Shown here: in pieces, positions 42,991 to 58,202 of the stretch | How positions within the stretch are numbered: the stretch's first letter is position 1 | Layout of the letters: every line of letters starts with the position of its first letter | Assembly (NCBI GenBank): GCA_951406725.2 | Contig: OX597820.1 | Coordinates: 69,378,001-69,442,000, forward strand | Source of the DNA: Octopus vulgaris | Lineage: Eukaryota | Length of the DNA: 64,000 nt | Direction of reading: 5' to 3' | The notes under the pieces: model-generated | Seen by the model: only the letters and a program-made list of their open reading frames with translations | Database searches by the model: none | Told to the model about the DNA's origin: nothing | Program-made: the position numbers and the translations under genes

Positions 42991-45340
42991 TAGCTATGAT
43001 TTTCAACCAGCAGAATTGTATTAAACCACTATTTGTAATGAAATTTAAGAGATGCTTTGGATAGTATAAACAAGATACTAAATGCTTTGTAGTGTTTAGT
43101 TTCGTGTTTTTTGATCCAGTGTTTGTTATATTCTGACAGGAACATCTTCGTCTTCTTTAGGAGACATGAAAATATTTACCAGCATATTTCTGCACATAGT
43201 TCCTTTGTATATAGTCTCTACAAGGATCAGTCTTCCTTACAATAGAGAATACATAGCGTTAAAGTAGTTAAAATTATGGTCAACTAAACATGTATATAAT
43301 AAGAGAATATGGTCTTTAGGTCTGGTCATTGAAATTTCAATGAATCTCCTTTCAGATGCTGTTGGCATTCCTGAGCCAATGTACTAAAAAAGTACAAATG
43401 CCATCACATAGATTCTGTGTACCATACTGTATTATATTCGACTGTAGTAAATATGTGGTAAGGCGTCTTGAATGAAGATCATATTGGTCTAGGATGATGG
43501 TGAAAACATAATGATGATATGTAATTAGTATTTTCACCATGTGGCGAGAGTAAATAATGAAAAATAGGTTCTATTAAGTCTTTGCCTTCGATTGCGTCTA
43601 TACTAAATGCGCATTTTACATAAATGACTTGCTCTTGGGTTGAAAATATATGGACTCCATTATCATTATTCATGAATTATTCGACTGAATTTGCAAATAT
43701 TACCGGGGGTGATTTGGTCTTTTATTCCTCTGGGATTTGATTAAATGAGTACCAGTAATATACAAAGGTAAGTTTAAGTCACCATCTCCCTAGAAAATGA
43801 GTAACGTAACAATGTTAAAATTTATAGTATAATTTAATTAATCAGGGCATTTTATTATGAAGAAGTTATTTTTCATTACATATATACATTCTTTTACATC
43901 GCTTACATTTGTATATATATATATATGCAAATATGCATTTGTGTGGATGTGTATGTGTGGTAATTTGAGGCACATGAGCCTTATTAGATACAAATAAATT
44001 CGTTTAATCAAGGTAACTAATTAGATATTAGTTGGGGCCTATTAGAAATGATAAAAAAATAATGGAAGCAATAAATCTTGAATATACAAATCTAAAGGAA
44101 ATATGTATATATGTACCTTACTACTCTCTGTAAGGCACATATACCAATATTCTGAAATGCCGTAACTACAGTGCTTCTATCCCATTTAAATCTATATCAT
44201 TTTTTGATATAAATTTGTATTTTCTTATTTAAACTAATAGAGAAATCTCAAACTTTATGTTATGAATATGTGAGAAACTAATATTATTAAAATTATTATT
44301 ATTACTATATATTATTATAATAATTATCGTTATGATTATTCTTATTAATATTATTATTATCTTCATTATTAAAATTATTATTATTCCATATATATATATA
44401 TTACTCTAGTGAAGAGATTTGAGTGCTTAAAAGTAGCTTTATATCTCTGTTGGAACCATCTCTTCTATTTTTCTAATGGTCTTGGCAGAGTTATACACTT
44501 CACAACTTCCTATTTTCTTCCTCCAGATATATATTCTGAGGTTCCATGGCTATGTAAGTAATCACTATTAACACTCTTACGTGTAATAGTTATTTAATTT
44601 TTCGATAGGGAAACGAATGCACCCTATTCACTTGCCTTCAGCATATTACTGGTACTTAAATTTATGGTCAGAGTGAAAGGAAAGATTCGTTCGATGTCAG
44701 TAGAATTTTAATAATACATTTTATTTAACTTCATTTTTACGTAGTTGATATGCTTATTGTATTAATTATACTGCATACACTTTGTAATATTCAGAGAAAG
44801 GATACTTGTTACTGTATTGAATAATAAATCGACTGATATATGTTGAGCCCAGATTTGCATCAAACAATGATTAGACCTATTGTATTTAGGGCCTGAAGTT
44901 ATTAAGTCGTATGATATTCAGGTCTCTCCTAAGACCATCAGCAATGTGAGTAAATTTATTACTCCTGCATATCGAATATAAACATATCGCCAGGAAGTTC
45001 TCACTTATGATATAGCTCTCGCTATTTCGTATTATATATAAATTCTATTATGTACAATGCCATCTCTGAGCAACAGAGTGAAATCGAGATCCATATTCAA
45101 TGTATGGAATTAGTATTATAGACAGACATGTTATGTACAGTTTGTGTATTTCTAATATTACTCACAAAACAGTGTACAAACTGCTAAATATGCAACATTA
45201 TCCTGCAGTATTCATAATTTCATATTTTATCTAAACGGTATACCATCATATATCTGAAACATTTATTTCTATGTATTTGTGTTTATATATAAATATATAT
45301 GTGTATGAGTGTTTGAGTATGTGTGATGTATTACCTAAAG

Positions 45341-45493
<153 letters not shown>

Positions 45494-45518
45494 CATTATT
45501 ATTATTATTACATTTTAA

Positions 45519-45730
45519 GGCGGCGATGCGGCGCAATAGTTAGGGCGTCGAGAAAATTCCTTGCAGTATTTGAACTGATCCCTCACGTTCTGGGTTCAAT
45601 TCCCGCCACTTCGGTTTCCTTATTCCAGAGCGAATTTAAAGTACCAATACATTCCTGGATACGATGGAATCGACTAACCTTCAGCCCCACTCCTCAAACT
45701 GCTGGCCATATTCCTAAATTAGAAACAGTC
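45519..45730 (+). mobile_element. SINE family C copy
   Basis: ggcggcgatgcggcgcaatagttagggcgtcg...cacgttctgggttcaattcccgcc...aagtaccaatac...aatcgactaacc...gctggccatattcctaaattagaaac, directly after a long (TTA)n tract. Confidence 0.65.
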
Positions 45731-46046
45731 ATCATAATCGTATTTTTTCTTCCAATATCACACAAAAGCTTTTCAGTTATCATTTATATAATATTGTGTG
45801 GGAAAGCAAAATTACCAATTACTGTTCAAATTTATGGTTAAAATTCCAAGAAAATGAGCGCAAAATTTGGAGGTGACGTGACACACATAACCCCCTACCC
45901 TGTTGCAATATGTATTTTGGTTTAATACGGCATCTCTAAGTAGAAATTTTCACTTATACAGAAACCACAGTATCATATTTTCAGTAATGTACATATGTTA
46001 AGTATAAGAAATAGGTGAAGTTATACATACATGCATGCACATATAT

Positions 46047-46100
<54 letters not shown>

Positions 46101-46143
46101 GTATGTATATATGTATATATATATATATATGTATGTATATATG

Positions 46144-46200
<57 letters not shown>

Positions 46201-46878
46201 ATGTATGTATGTATGTATGTATGTATGTATGTGTGTGTGTATGTATATAATATACGTGTGACTGAACAGACGAAAAAAGGGCAGTGAACACATTTAGTGG
46301 GAGTTACATGTATCATTTCGTACAGTTTTATCCGGCTCCATGCGACTTAAAGTTTCGCGGGCCTCTAACAGAAGTCTGTCTTTTTCAGCCTCCAGTCTTG
46401 GGAATATACATAATTTGGGGTTGGTTTGCTGGTTGATAAATAGTTGTGATTTTCTTGTTACTCTTCATTTACGTATCCAAGTGCTAGTTGGTTACCCCAA
46501 ATTAATATATAGGAAGAGTGAAGAACTACCCAGGGACTCTCTATACTTGAACACTTAACAGTAAAATCAGAACTGACATAGTTGATGGGACCAGCCAAAA
46601 TTATTTTTGAATTAAGTAAATTAACAATCTTTAGTAATCATGTGAAAATTCCTTTTACTATGAGTGGCTAAGGTTAGAAAAACGGACAAGGGAGACAACT
46701 TCAAAATATTAATTAATCAAAATTATCGTATCCAGTGGGAGGCTGAGAGAGATCTATTATTAGTATATGTCCTTTAAATACTGTATGTTACGCTACGTTT
46801 TATAAAATGTGTATGTTTGTATGTATTATTTGTTTATATTATACATTTACCTGTAAATTGTCTTAATTGTACTGTTTC

Positions 46879-46969
<91 letters not shown>

Positions 46970-47270
46970 GTTATTATTATTATTATTGCTATTATTACTA
47001 GTACTATTGTTGCTGTTGTTGTTATTGTTGATGTTACTGAAGTGTTTTATGTGAAATTTTCTAAGTCTCACCCAGAGACTTCAAGTGACAGCAAGGTGGA
47101 CGTCTTACTATGGGTGATATTCATGTTGAGCAATGCTATATTGTAGAAAAAGAAGTTCAGATTCTAAAAAATAAGATTCCGCTCAATTTATGAAAATTTT
47201 AAGTTTGAAAAATTTTAAGAGAATTAAATATTCTCAGGTTGACTGTATTTCTTAGGAGGTAGTCAGTGCC

Positions 47271-47369
<99 letters not shown>

Positions 47370-49898
47370 AATCATCATCTTTATAATTTGTTTCCATGTT
47401 TTGTCGAGTGTCTTCCCAAAACCTAGCTTAATATTGATTACTTTATAAACTCGCTAGTTTAATTTTCAATAATAATTTATTTATTTGAAGGAACTCGGTC
47501 TATGATAAAATATTCGTAAATAATGTTTTTTATAATCTAGAATGTTCTGTTTAAGAGACCACAACATATAACAATTTTAACCCTGCATAACCAGAAAGAG
47601 CGCAGACGGTCTTACTAGTTCCAAGTTTTCTTACATATTTGTAAGAGAAGAGACGCAAATCTTTTCCAATGCACAATTAATTCTTCTAGTAAGTTGACTG
47701 CGTATACAGTGTTATGCAAATTAGTTTCAAAAAGTCCTACACAGAAAGAGTGGGCATTTTTGTAATGACCGTCTAAGAAGTCTTGAAACAAGGAAGATCG
47801 ATTCCGTAATTATTTTCTTGCAACACGCTCTCTTACAAACATTAATCCTATGACAAGGGTTTTAATCCGGCATCTAGGTTGCCCTGACGGTAATCATCTC
47901 GGCCGAGTTCAGCAATTAGCGCACGACAACGGTTTAGCGTATATTTATGGCATTGTTTATTTATGCAAACTGTCATCACTGCAAGGATCGTAAATTCAAC
48001 GAAACTAACGTTGCTCGATACGACTGTAAATTCCGTGAAGGACCAGAAGAATTCGCTGAACTTGTACGAATTTTCAAAGGAAGTCATAGTGGAAATGGTG
48101 GTGTAACTACCAAAAACTGCTGCTTTCGTATCATTATTGTAATGAAATCTCGATCTGAGTTGGAAATGTTTACTTGAAGTGTCTAAAAAACCTATCAGAT
48201 TCCTTGAAATTTACACAGTGGCCTCTATTATCGATTCCGTGAGTGATAGCGGATATTTATATCAACCGGTGCACAAATAGGTTCAATTCCGCAGCAGATA
48301 GGGCTGCATATATTTTCGTCATCTGATTCAAAGCGAGTACACAGTACACGTAAACTTACATCAGCCGATGGTATAGGGTTACTGTAACCTTTTTGTATAT
48401 TTTACTCAGCAAGACTAAAACAGTATGTTTGTTAAAAAGAGGTTTACTTTCCATTACAAATATCGATCTCCTGCACTCCCATCTGTCATTTTCTATGGAG
48501 ATATATTATTGATAACTTTAATCTCTTATCTTGTGAAAGTACTTACTTCAAATGGAATTATGAATGTGTAGGCATAAGATGCATACAGAAAATTAGAAAG
48601 AGAGAACGTTTATTTAGAGTAACACATTCATTAGCATTTCAACATTGATGGCTGATTGAACGATATTGGGAATAGCAGATTAAGGTAATACAGAAGGACC
48701 GTGTTGGAGCAGGGCAGATTGATAATATATGCAGTAATGGTAACGGGGGTGGCGGATTGATGGTAGACACCGGTATCATGTTGTTGGTTGGTTGGTGAGG
48801 TGACAGCATATATCGAGGTGATGCTAGTAGTGATGACGTGGAATGATGGCAGATATTGTGATCTCGGTGTTGGTAGTGGGAGATCAGCAATATTTGCTTT
48901 AAAAAAAGCAGTAGAGAGTTTATGGCAGATGGAGTGATAGTATAGACGGATTAATAGAAGATAGAATAACATAACAGAGGTAATGGGTTGACAGTATATG
49001 CACTAAAGGTGGTGATAGTGGTAGTGGTGGTGGTAGTTTGATGACAGATACAGCGATGGCGGTCATGGTGGTGAAGACAGCGGTGGTGGTGTAGTCGTAG
49101 AAGATGGTTGATGGCAGATACAGTATGAGAGCATTGACGGTAGCGATGTTTAGCAGTTAACTATAAAGTTTAAAAAATAAAAATAAAATATATGCTTATT
49201 AAAATGTCGACTTAATCACCTCTAACTCACTAACGTTCGAGAAATGTTAGGTTCGAAAGCCATAACTGGAACTTTGCGGTTAATCCGGTTGGGTGATCAA
49301 GCAAAATGGCTGATCTGTGATCACCTGTAAGCTTTATTAAAATGCCAGGCTGTAAGAAGCGTGCAGTATAGTCATACAGCCATTCATACATCTAGTCTGT
49401 GGTCAAACCTTACAGTGCTCAGCAGTAGAAGTGCCTAAGTAGCCAAATTATTAGTTCTTCACTGAATTGCTGAGAGAGAAGGCTAATAAAGGTTTTTAAG
49501 GTTGAAATCGAATAAAGGAGAGGCGTGTCTGGAGATATGTTATGGAGAAAAGGGGAAAGAGAAAAGACGGGGAGACACATACAGAAAGGAGAGGGAATAA
49601 AAATAAAACAAATATAATAATGCTGGTGAAGTATACTATGAAATCATGCGAGCTGGGAAAGCAAGCGAGTTGAGGAAGGGGTGAGAGAAAGAGGAGTAAA
49701 TATATTTGGTTGGGAAATAAGAAAACTGAAAGTGTATACAGGAGCCATTATTCTTCATGCTTGACCAATCTAATTGAGAAGCACTTGCTCACTTGCTTAC
49801 AGAAAATAAATGGCTGTTTTAAACCATTTGCTTCGGTAGTCAACATAGATCTTTTTAATGAAAATAGTGTTTTTTTAAATGCTATTCTTTATCAGAAT

Positions 49899-49952
<54 letters not shown>

Positions 49953-50940
49953 GAAACGTTTTTGTTATACGCTTAAGTTTTGTTGTAAATGGTATGTATA
50001 CGTTGGTATATATATATTTCATTTCATTCAAATAATTCGTTATCATTCAACTAGAATTGAACTTTAAACATGCACTCCATCACAAATGCATGGCGACGCA
50101 TAAGAGGTTTATCTGTTTATTTCTTATTTTTAAAGTGAAGGAACAAATCAAAATGTTATTGATGGATAGTCAGTAATGATATATAAATTCTTCTGTTTTC
50201 CTACCTACCGATAATACACACACACGCACACACGCACACAAACGTATTGAAAGAAGGAGCTAAAAAATAACTCAGATTGTCCAGTGGCATGAACAACATC
50301 GGTAAATACAGTTGCGTCAAAAACAACATAGCCTAAATTCTTGTTTTATTAAGATTATTCCCTGCCTTAGCGGGTGTGCAATAATTACCAAATGGTAAAT
50401 GTTAGCAGTTCCATATGAGAAAGGAGGGTGATTTTTGGAATCAGGAATTCTCCGATGTTGACATGCCATAAGCAAAAAGACATGCTTATTAACCGGAGTG
50501 AAAATAACGCCCATGGACACGTATTCCTGCCTCATCAGGCGTCATCAGTGTGACAATTGCTCGAAGGCAAAGAATATAGAGATATATAAAAAGAGTAGAT
50601 CTCACTTAAAACCCAGATAATTTGCATCATTTAAACATAAGCGTGTTTAGAGAAATAGCTCGGAGTGGCCAGTGATTTCATATATGAACAGTATTGACAA
50701 ATACACATATATCAAATGCCAAACAACAAATCTGTGACCAGCTCCATATGACAAGGTGGTTGTACCTCAACATGTTCTCAGTACAACAGACAGAAATAGT
50801 CCGAATTTTGCTCTATTTCTTTCTGAAGAACTATGGACATTAGGGGAAAACACTAGAGTAACTAGCTAACACATCACACCAAGTAAACAATTACATTTTA
50901 TCATGTCATTGGGTACTTATTTTCCAGTTCATTAACGACG

Positions 50941-50971
<31 letters not shown>

Positions 50972-51046
50972 CTACATAAAACATAGATGTTTTAATATCA
51001 TGAAAAGTATAATAATAATATTAATGATTATTATTATTATTATTAA

Positions 51047-51107
<61 letters not shown>

Positions 51108-51139
51108 ATTAATATTATTATCATCATTGCATCTGATTT

Positions 51140-51338
51140 AAGCAGAAGGACAGATATTTTCAAAGGAGAGATTAATTGATAGCATTTATCCTAGTACCTG
51201 AATAGTACTTTATTTTTTCGATCTTTGTATCATGGAAGACACGGTTTACCTAGCAAGGATTAGAACTTATAATGCAATGAACCTGAGAAAATATCCGGAA
51301 ATAATTTTTCCGGCGCTCCATAGTTTCTGCCAGCTTGC
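51140..51338 (-). mobile_element. SINE family C diverged copy on the minus strand
   Basis: Plus-strand tagtactttattttttcgatc...ttagaacttataatg...ttttccggcgctccatagtttctgccagcttgc is the reverse complement of the family C head and core; lies between (ATT)n and (TAA)n. Confidence 0.55.
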
Positions 51339-51354
51339 ACTCTTAATAATAATG

Positions 51355-51418
<64 letters not shown>

Positions 51419-51430
51419 TAGTAATAATAT

Positions 51431-51841
51431 GATCGTGTAATCGAACACCGTCAGCCGGATATAGTCATATTGAATAAGAGAGACAAATACTGTCAGGTCA
51501 CTGATGTAGCCATACTAAATGAAATGAATGTTGTGAATAAAGAGGTTGAAAAAGTCATCAAGTACTCCGAATTGAAATTGGAAATGGCAAGACTGAATGG
51601 AATGCGAGAGGGTAATGTAAAAGTGATACCAGAGGTGATCGGAGCGTTGGGTTCAATCCCATTGAAACTTCAAAACTTCTTAAGGCAACTGGAAATCCCA
51701 TGCAAGATTGATGCCTTGCAAAAAGCAGCCTTATTGGGCACAGCACACATCTTAAAGAAAGTATTACTTGCCTGAGGTCCTAGTTGTGACTTGACAGATG
51801 ACTAAAGACTCCGGTGCATTTTTACCTACACTGTGTTACGA
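51431..51841 (+). mobile_element. 5'-truncated R4/Dong-like non-LTR retrotransposon: restriction-like endonuclease C-terminus plus 3' UTR
   Basis: Open frame 51431-51775 DRVIEHRQPDIVILNKRDKYCQVTDVAI...EKVIKYSELKLE...VKVIPEVIGALGSIP...LQKAALLGTAHILKKVL* has the RPD...D...K..KY motif and the IGALG / LQK..LLGTAHILRKVL end typical of RLE-type LINEs. About 65 nt of 3' UTR. Flanked by (TAA)n at about 51344-51427 and 51843-51892. Confidence 0.88.
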
Positions 51842-51894
<53 letters not shown>

Positions 51895-53468
51895 TGACGA
51901 CGACGGCGACGATGATGATGATATTTCGTTTAATCAAGTTTAGTTAAAAGCAGGTTACTACAATACTCCCTGATGCAATTACACTTAAGGAAATTCTAAT
52001 TTTCAAATCTTTATCTCGGATCAAGTCACCCCAAAAATACATATACACGCATACACCATCCACCATCTTTCGCATTGTTTTCAACTTCCATTGTTTTACT
52101 TCCTTTTATTTCAACCTTTCATCTCTTTTACCTCGCTTTCTTCGTTTCTTCTTTTTCTTATCACCTCTCTAATATTTGACCTTTCATCTTTTTTCATCAT
52201 TTTTAATGTTTGTTTCCATTTTTTAAATTTGATTTCTCTTTATTCTCCTGCTTCTTCCATTTCGTTTTCTTTATTTCTTCGTCTCACCTCTCGTCATCTT
52301 CTCCACCCAGTTCAATCACCTCTGATAAGATACCTTGACTAACTTCACAACCTTGTACCGTCCGTCACCTATTTATCTTACATCACCTCCTACTCTGCAC
52401 CCCCCCCTTTTATACTTCACACTCTTTCACCTCTTCCTCGTCCTTCTCCTCCTGCTGCTGGTACTTCTGTTCATTCTGTAGACACCATTAAATCGAGTAA
52501 ATTACTAGCGTTCACCATATTTCCGCTCTTTCTGTCTCCTTCTCTCTCTTTCTCTTTGTGTCTAGGTGTAGATGAAGGTGGGTGCATGGCGGTGCCAGCT
52601 TTGGTATCCATCCATATGTCACCAAACCTGATTCCTTTTTTAGCCACACCCGAAAAGAAAAAAAAAATTTTCCCCGATTTATTATATTTCCTAACACGTC
52701 TCTGTCGTCATCACACATGTTATAATAGTACTAACTGCACGGCATCTGCCTCTCTTTCTCTACCATCCTGTCTCAGTCTCGCTCTATTTTTCTCTCTCAT
52801 TCTTCCGAGCTCTGATGGTGATAACCAGTGCCATCTGGAGCATATGCCCTGGGGTTAGTAAATCCTAAGCCTTCCCTTTTTCTCTCCATTCTCAGATTTT
52901 AAGTTTGAGACTGCCTGCCTGATAGCCTGCCTGCTTGTCTTGCCTAGACTTCTAGCCTGAAAGCTGGCCTACCAGCCTACCTGGCTGCCAGCCTGCCGGC
53001 ATGTTTGTCTGTCTGTCTGACTGCCTGCCGGGCTTTGCCTGGCGTTGATGTCCTTGATGGCCTGTCTGTCTGGCTGTCTGCTTGCCTTGCTGTGATGCTG
53101 CGGTTCTCTCGACTTACTTCGCTTTCGGTCTCAGCAACTACTTTTATATATACTGAGCGAGAATGTGCCTTCTTCACCGTTCCTGCCTGTATCTCTGGTG
53201 CTACAGAATGCAGGAATGAAGTGTGAATATTGGATATGTTGCCACTCACAGACACACACACACACACACACGTACGCTCGCATGCACACACACACACACA
53301 CACACGCACACATACACATATACACACTCACTCAAAAACCTCCACACAAGCATCGCAGTCACACACGCATACACGCTCAAACACACATACATAATTAGCT
53401 CAGCTATCATCCCTTCTGGGCCTTGTTAACGCACGTTATCCTTCTTCTACTCCTTCTACTCCTTCTAC

Positions 53469-53503
<35 letters not shown>

Positions 53504-54031
53504 TTTCTTCTTCTTCTTTACCTCCTTCTCCATCCTCTTCTATCTCTTTTTCTTCTCCCCATCCTCCTCTTACAACTCCTCCCCGACGTTACTTATTCTT
53601 CATTTCCTTTTCTATGTCTTTTACACCTTCAGGTCTTTCGCTTCCAAACCCCCTAGAAACCAGCACAGCCCCAATTCCCATCAATCTCTCTTTCTATAGA
53701 CGCCCACACTCACACACCCACACCACAACCACAACCCACATCATCCTACACATACCCCACAGCACAACCACAATCCACACTAATGACTCTGAATAATAGA
53801 CATTGCTTGCTCTATATAATTCCATTTGTTCTCACATCAATAATTTTCAGCCCTAGTCATTTCCCTGACATTTTCTTCCATTGCTGCTTATACATTACAT
53901 ACACAGGTACTTCTATGCACACACACACACACACACACACGCACAGAGAGAGAGAGAAAGAGAGCAAAAGGGTAAGAAAGAAAAAGAGAGGGAGAAGACG
54001 TTTTGATACTGGATTCGTGTTAGGTGTGTGA

Positions 54032-54078
<47 letters not shown>

Positions 54079-54519
54079 GGAACTCATCCTCTTTGGATGT
54101 CATTTATTCTATCTTAATCAACTGTCTCTTCTCTGCATTCATATAACGAACACTAACATCGTCTCGTAATTGACATACATAAACACATACACACACATAT
54201 GTATTCGTATGTATATGTTCATATATGTATTTCTGAATGTAATATGTAGATATGTATATACTTACACATGTAAGAATAGTGATAAGGTGAGGGGAAACAA
54301 TACATGTAAATTATTGGCGGATGAAATGATGTTTCAGTTGTCAGCTGGAGAAGAGATTTTATAAGTGCCTGACAAATTATTTTATCTCTGATCGTGTTTT
54401 GAAACTGATACAATTACATCATGGAATGCTCATTGATAGATATTTTTGTATCAATCGCACATATCGTTATGTTCCATTTTGGCTTACAATGCGATAATAT
54501 ATAAATATATTCAAATATT

Positions 54520-54685
54520 ACACAGGCTGCAAGGCCAGGAATTTCGCAATGCAAACATGCAGTTTCGGAATCATTTCCACTGAGCGACGCTGGGCTAGTC
54601 TCTTCTACGATAGCCTCGGGTCGACCAATGGTTTTTAAGTGAATTTGATACGTGGAAACTGTGGAAGACAGTTATATATAATATA

Positions 54686-54717
<32 letters not shown>

Positions 54718-54925
54718 ATTTGATTTTGTGTTCCTCTCTGGTTTGTTTACGTCCACGTGCATTAGCGGTTCGGCTAAGAAAACTGCTAGAATAAGTACCA
54801 GGCATGAAAATTAGTACAGGGTTCCATTTAGTTACTGAGTTCCATTTAAGTTCTGGGTTCCACTTTAATCCGAGACCCCATCATAGCTGCCGTCCAATGA
54901 ATGAAACAAGAGAGACAAATGATAA
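54520..54925 (+). mobile_element. SINE family A, diverged copy
   Basis: tcttctacgatagcctcgggtcgaccaa...(TG)n...tttacgtccacgtgcattagcggttcggc...agaataagtaccaggc...aatgaatgaaacaag matches the body and tail of 33766-34190. Confidence 0.7.
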
Positions 54926-55860
54926 AAGATTGTTGCAAACAATTTATTCATCCTTCATGATTGATCTAATAACTGACCTTCAACTTGTATGTTGAGGTAC
55001 ACCTGCATCCCTAATATAGCACGCAGGTGTTTTGCGAGATTTTGAACGAGAACATGTCAGGATGGGTAGAAAACCTGAACACTTTTAATGTACCACAATT
55101 CTACCTGTGTGTAATTCCTTTGTGGAAAATTACAATGCGCATTCCCAAGTTTTTATATAGTAAATATGTTAAAAAGCTGTCCAAGTGAACTGTTCATAGA
55201 AAAATTCGGAAAAGCGTGGATCTATTTTATTCAGGTTTATTTTACTTTATGATAATAACTTCATAATATACAGAAGCGAAAATCACACTTTAGCAGCAAG
55301 GTACATGAAACGTTGCATAGATAGACACAATTTATAGAAGGTAATTAAAAGCTATAAAATCTCGTCTGATATTTTCCACAAACCTGGATAATATCGGTTA
55401 TAGCCTCTAGTGTTCAAAAGATGACAACGTATGTTGTCGCACATAATTCTGAGAACTGATAGATGGGCATAGATCTAAATATACATTGGAACGATGTCAG
55501 TGAGTTGGTCATACACTGAAAGTGCACAAAAAAATAATTTTAATCTTTAATAGAAAATACAACAATTCGAAAATAAAATTTAAATGATTTTAACGAGATT
55601 GAGAAGGAGTGTGTATATCATTTGCAGTGTCTATGTTTTTTTTTTCGTCATTATAACACTTCATCAGCTCATTCATTTCTTCTTCACTTTAATTGCAAGA
55701 TGTTCATAAGTTTTCTTAATGCAGAATCTTACAGTAACAGAATCGATCGCAAGTAACAAAAAAAAAAAAAGCATTCTGATAATGATTACCGCAGTGGTAG
55801 AGACGACGATGATGAGAATGATGATGATGATGATGATGATGATGAGGATGTTGATGATGT

Positions 55861-55893
<33 letters not shown>

Positions 55894-56015
55894 TATAGTG
55901 GTCGTAATGCGGTACGGTAGCGAGAGCTGATGAATTAACGCCAAGTTACACACCCATTTACGTTGACAGCATTTAACTAGTCTAGTCTAATATTCACTGA
56001 GCTTAAGTATGTATG

Positions 56016-56076
<61 letters not shown>

Positions 56077-56161
56077 AATATAAATTGAATAGCAATTTAA
56101 AATGTACGAAGTGGACAGACGCATTCGCGCAGGCATATGTATGTAGGTAAATAGAAAGATG

Positions 56162-56192
<31 letters not shown>

Positions 56193-56706
56193 CTTTCTAT
56201 ATATATATATATTTATATATATATATATACAATCTGTGCATGTGTGTGTTTGTGTAATTGCATCGTTGAGAAGAGAAGTAAATATTTTTCATCTAAATTA
56301 CATAAATCGATTGCTATATCATTATTTTTTTTAATCAAGTCTGATGAATTCTTTTGAACAAGTAGAGCAAAATTATTTCAAAACTCCATTACCAGCCACA
56401 CCTCATACATTGCATCCCAATCATGGTCATCAGCGTCGTGTATCACCATTATCATCTCATAATACATTCATCCGTGTGTGTGTGTGTGAATGCGTACGAG
56501 TGTGTGTGACTGTGTGTGTGTGTGAGTATGTGTGTGTGTGTGTGTGAATATGCTTATGTGCGTATCGGTCTATGCTTATATAACTAATTACTTATATTGC
56601 TCAGATATACATATGCCGATCAATCAATGCATATATTACATGAAAAGTATTCTCTCAAACATTAAGCTTTCATGCATTAGTCTCTCCCCGCTTCGCTTTC
56701 ACTCTT

Positions 56707-56784
<78 letters not shown>

Positions 56785-57518
56785 TATATATATACACACA
56801 CATACATATATTTATTTAATTATATATATTTATATACATATATATATATAGATATAAATATATATAAATGTGTGTGAGTGTTTGTATATATATATTATAC
56901 ATACATCTATATCTGTGCATGTATATATATTTAAATATATACATATTAATAGGTATACAAACATACATAGGTACATACATACATATATATAAATATATAA
57001 ATATATATATATGTATATATATTTACTTATGTATATATACATATCTATATATTGATATATAGATATGTATAAATATGCATACATATATATATATACATGA
57101 ATATATATATATATATATATATATTTAGATACATATATCATATGAATATATATACATCAGACATGCAGGTATATTATGTCTATATCTCTAGCGCACACAC
57201 AAAACACACACACAAACACACACATGGACATATATATTACATAGATATATATTTTTTTTTTAAATTCATTTCGCATGAAAAGAAACCGACATGAAGTAAA
57301 ACAGTTAACTCCTCACTTTGGATAATACCAAGTAATCAAGAAGATATAAGACAGGCAGGAATGAAACTTAGTGGAACTATAATGACGAAATTAAGACTTT
57401 GTCTATATTAAAAACCAAATCATCTAATGCAATGCTTTTGGAACTGATAATCAGTACTACGGATAATGATGATTCATTGTATTTGTTATCACTATGTTAC
57501 ACGCACACACTTACACAC

Positions 57519-57594
<76 letters not shown>

Positions 57595-57596
<2 letters not shown>

Positions 57597-57780
57597 GGAG
57601 TTGTTTACAGAAAAAAAAAAGACGAAGACAGGTGTATAGACAACAAGCAGGTGTATTAGTTTGATGCTCGGGCAAATGAGAAAGTCTTTTCCGTTTCGAG
57701 CCTACGCTCTTCAACTGAAAGGAACACGAGAAAATAAACAAAGAATAAAATATATTTTGTGTTAGCGGTCAATCATAGTG
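57595..57780 (-). mobile_element. Penelope-like repeat, copy 3
   Basis: aaaagacgaagacaggtgtatagacaacaagcaggtgtattagtttgatgctcggg...gtcttttccgtttcgagcctacgctcttcaactgaaagg. Confidence 0.6.
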
Positions 57781-57799
57781 GTCAATATATATATATATA

Positions 57800-57949
57800 G
57801 GCGTAGAAGGGGCTCTGTGGCAAGTAGCTTGCTTACCAACCACATTGTTCCGTGTTCAGTGGCACCTTGAGCAAGTGTCTTCTACTAAAGCCTCGGGCCA
57901 TCGAAATCTTTGTGAGTGGATTTGGTAGACGGAAACTGAAAGCAGCCGG

Positions 57950-57952
<3 letters not shown>
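57800..57952 (+). mobile_element. SINE family A, 5' half
   Basis: ggcgtagaaggggctctgtggcaagtagcttgcttaccaaccac...ggcaccttgagcaagtgtcttctactaaagcctcggg...ggatttggtagacggaaactgaaag, ending in (TA)n. Confidence 0.8.
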
Positions 57953-58025
<73 letters not shown>

Positions 58026-58122
58026 TATATATTCTCTCTCTCTCTCTCAATCTCTCTATCTCTATCTCTCTCCATATATATACATTACTTAGATAGACCG
58101 ACAGACAGGTAGATAAATAGAT

Positions 58123-58202
<80 letters not shown>

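Noticed and set aside
47947-48177. Cys-containing 76-aa ORF as a zinc finger or AP-2 exon
   Set aside because: Cys spacing fits no finger I recognise and there is no similarity to the AP-2 basic or helix-span-helix region.
54996-55030. acacctgc...gcaggtgt inverted repeat
   Set aside because: Only 8-bp arms; expected by chance in 64 kb.
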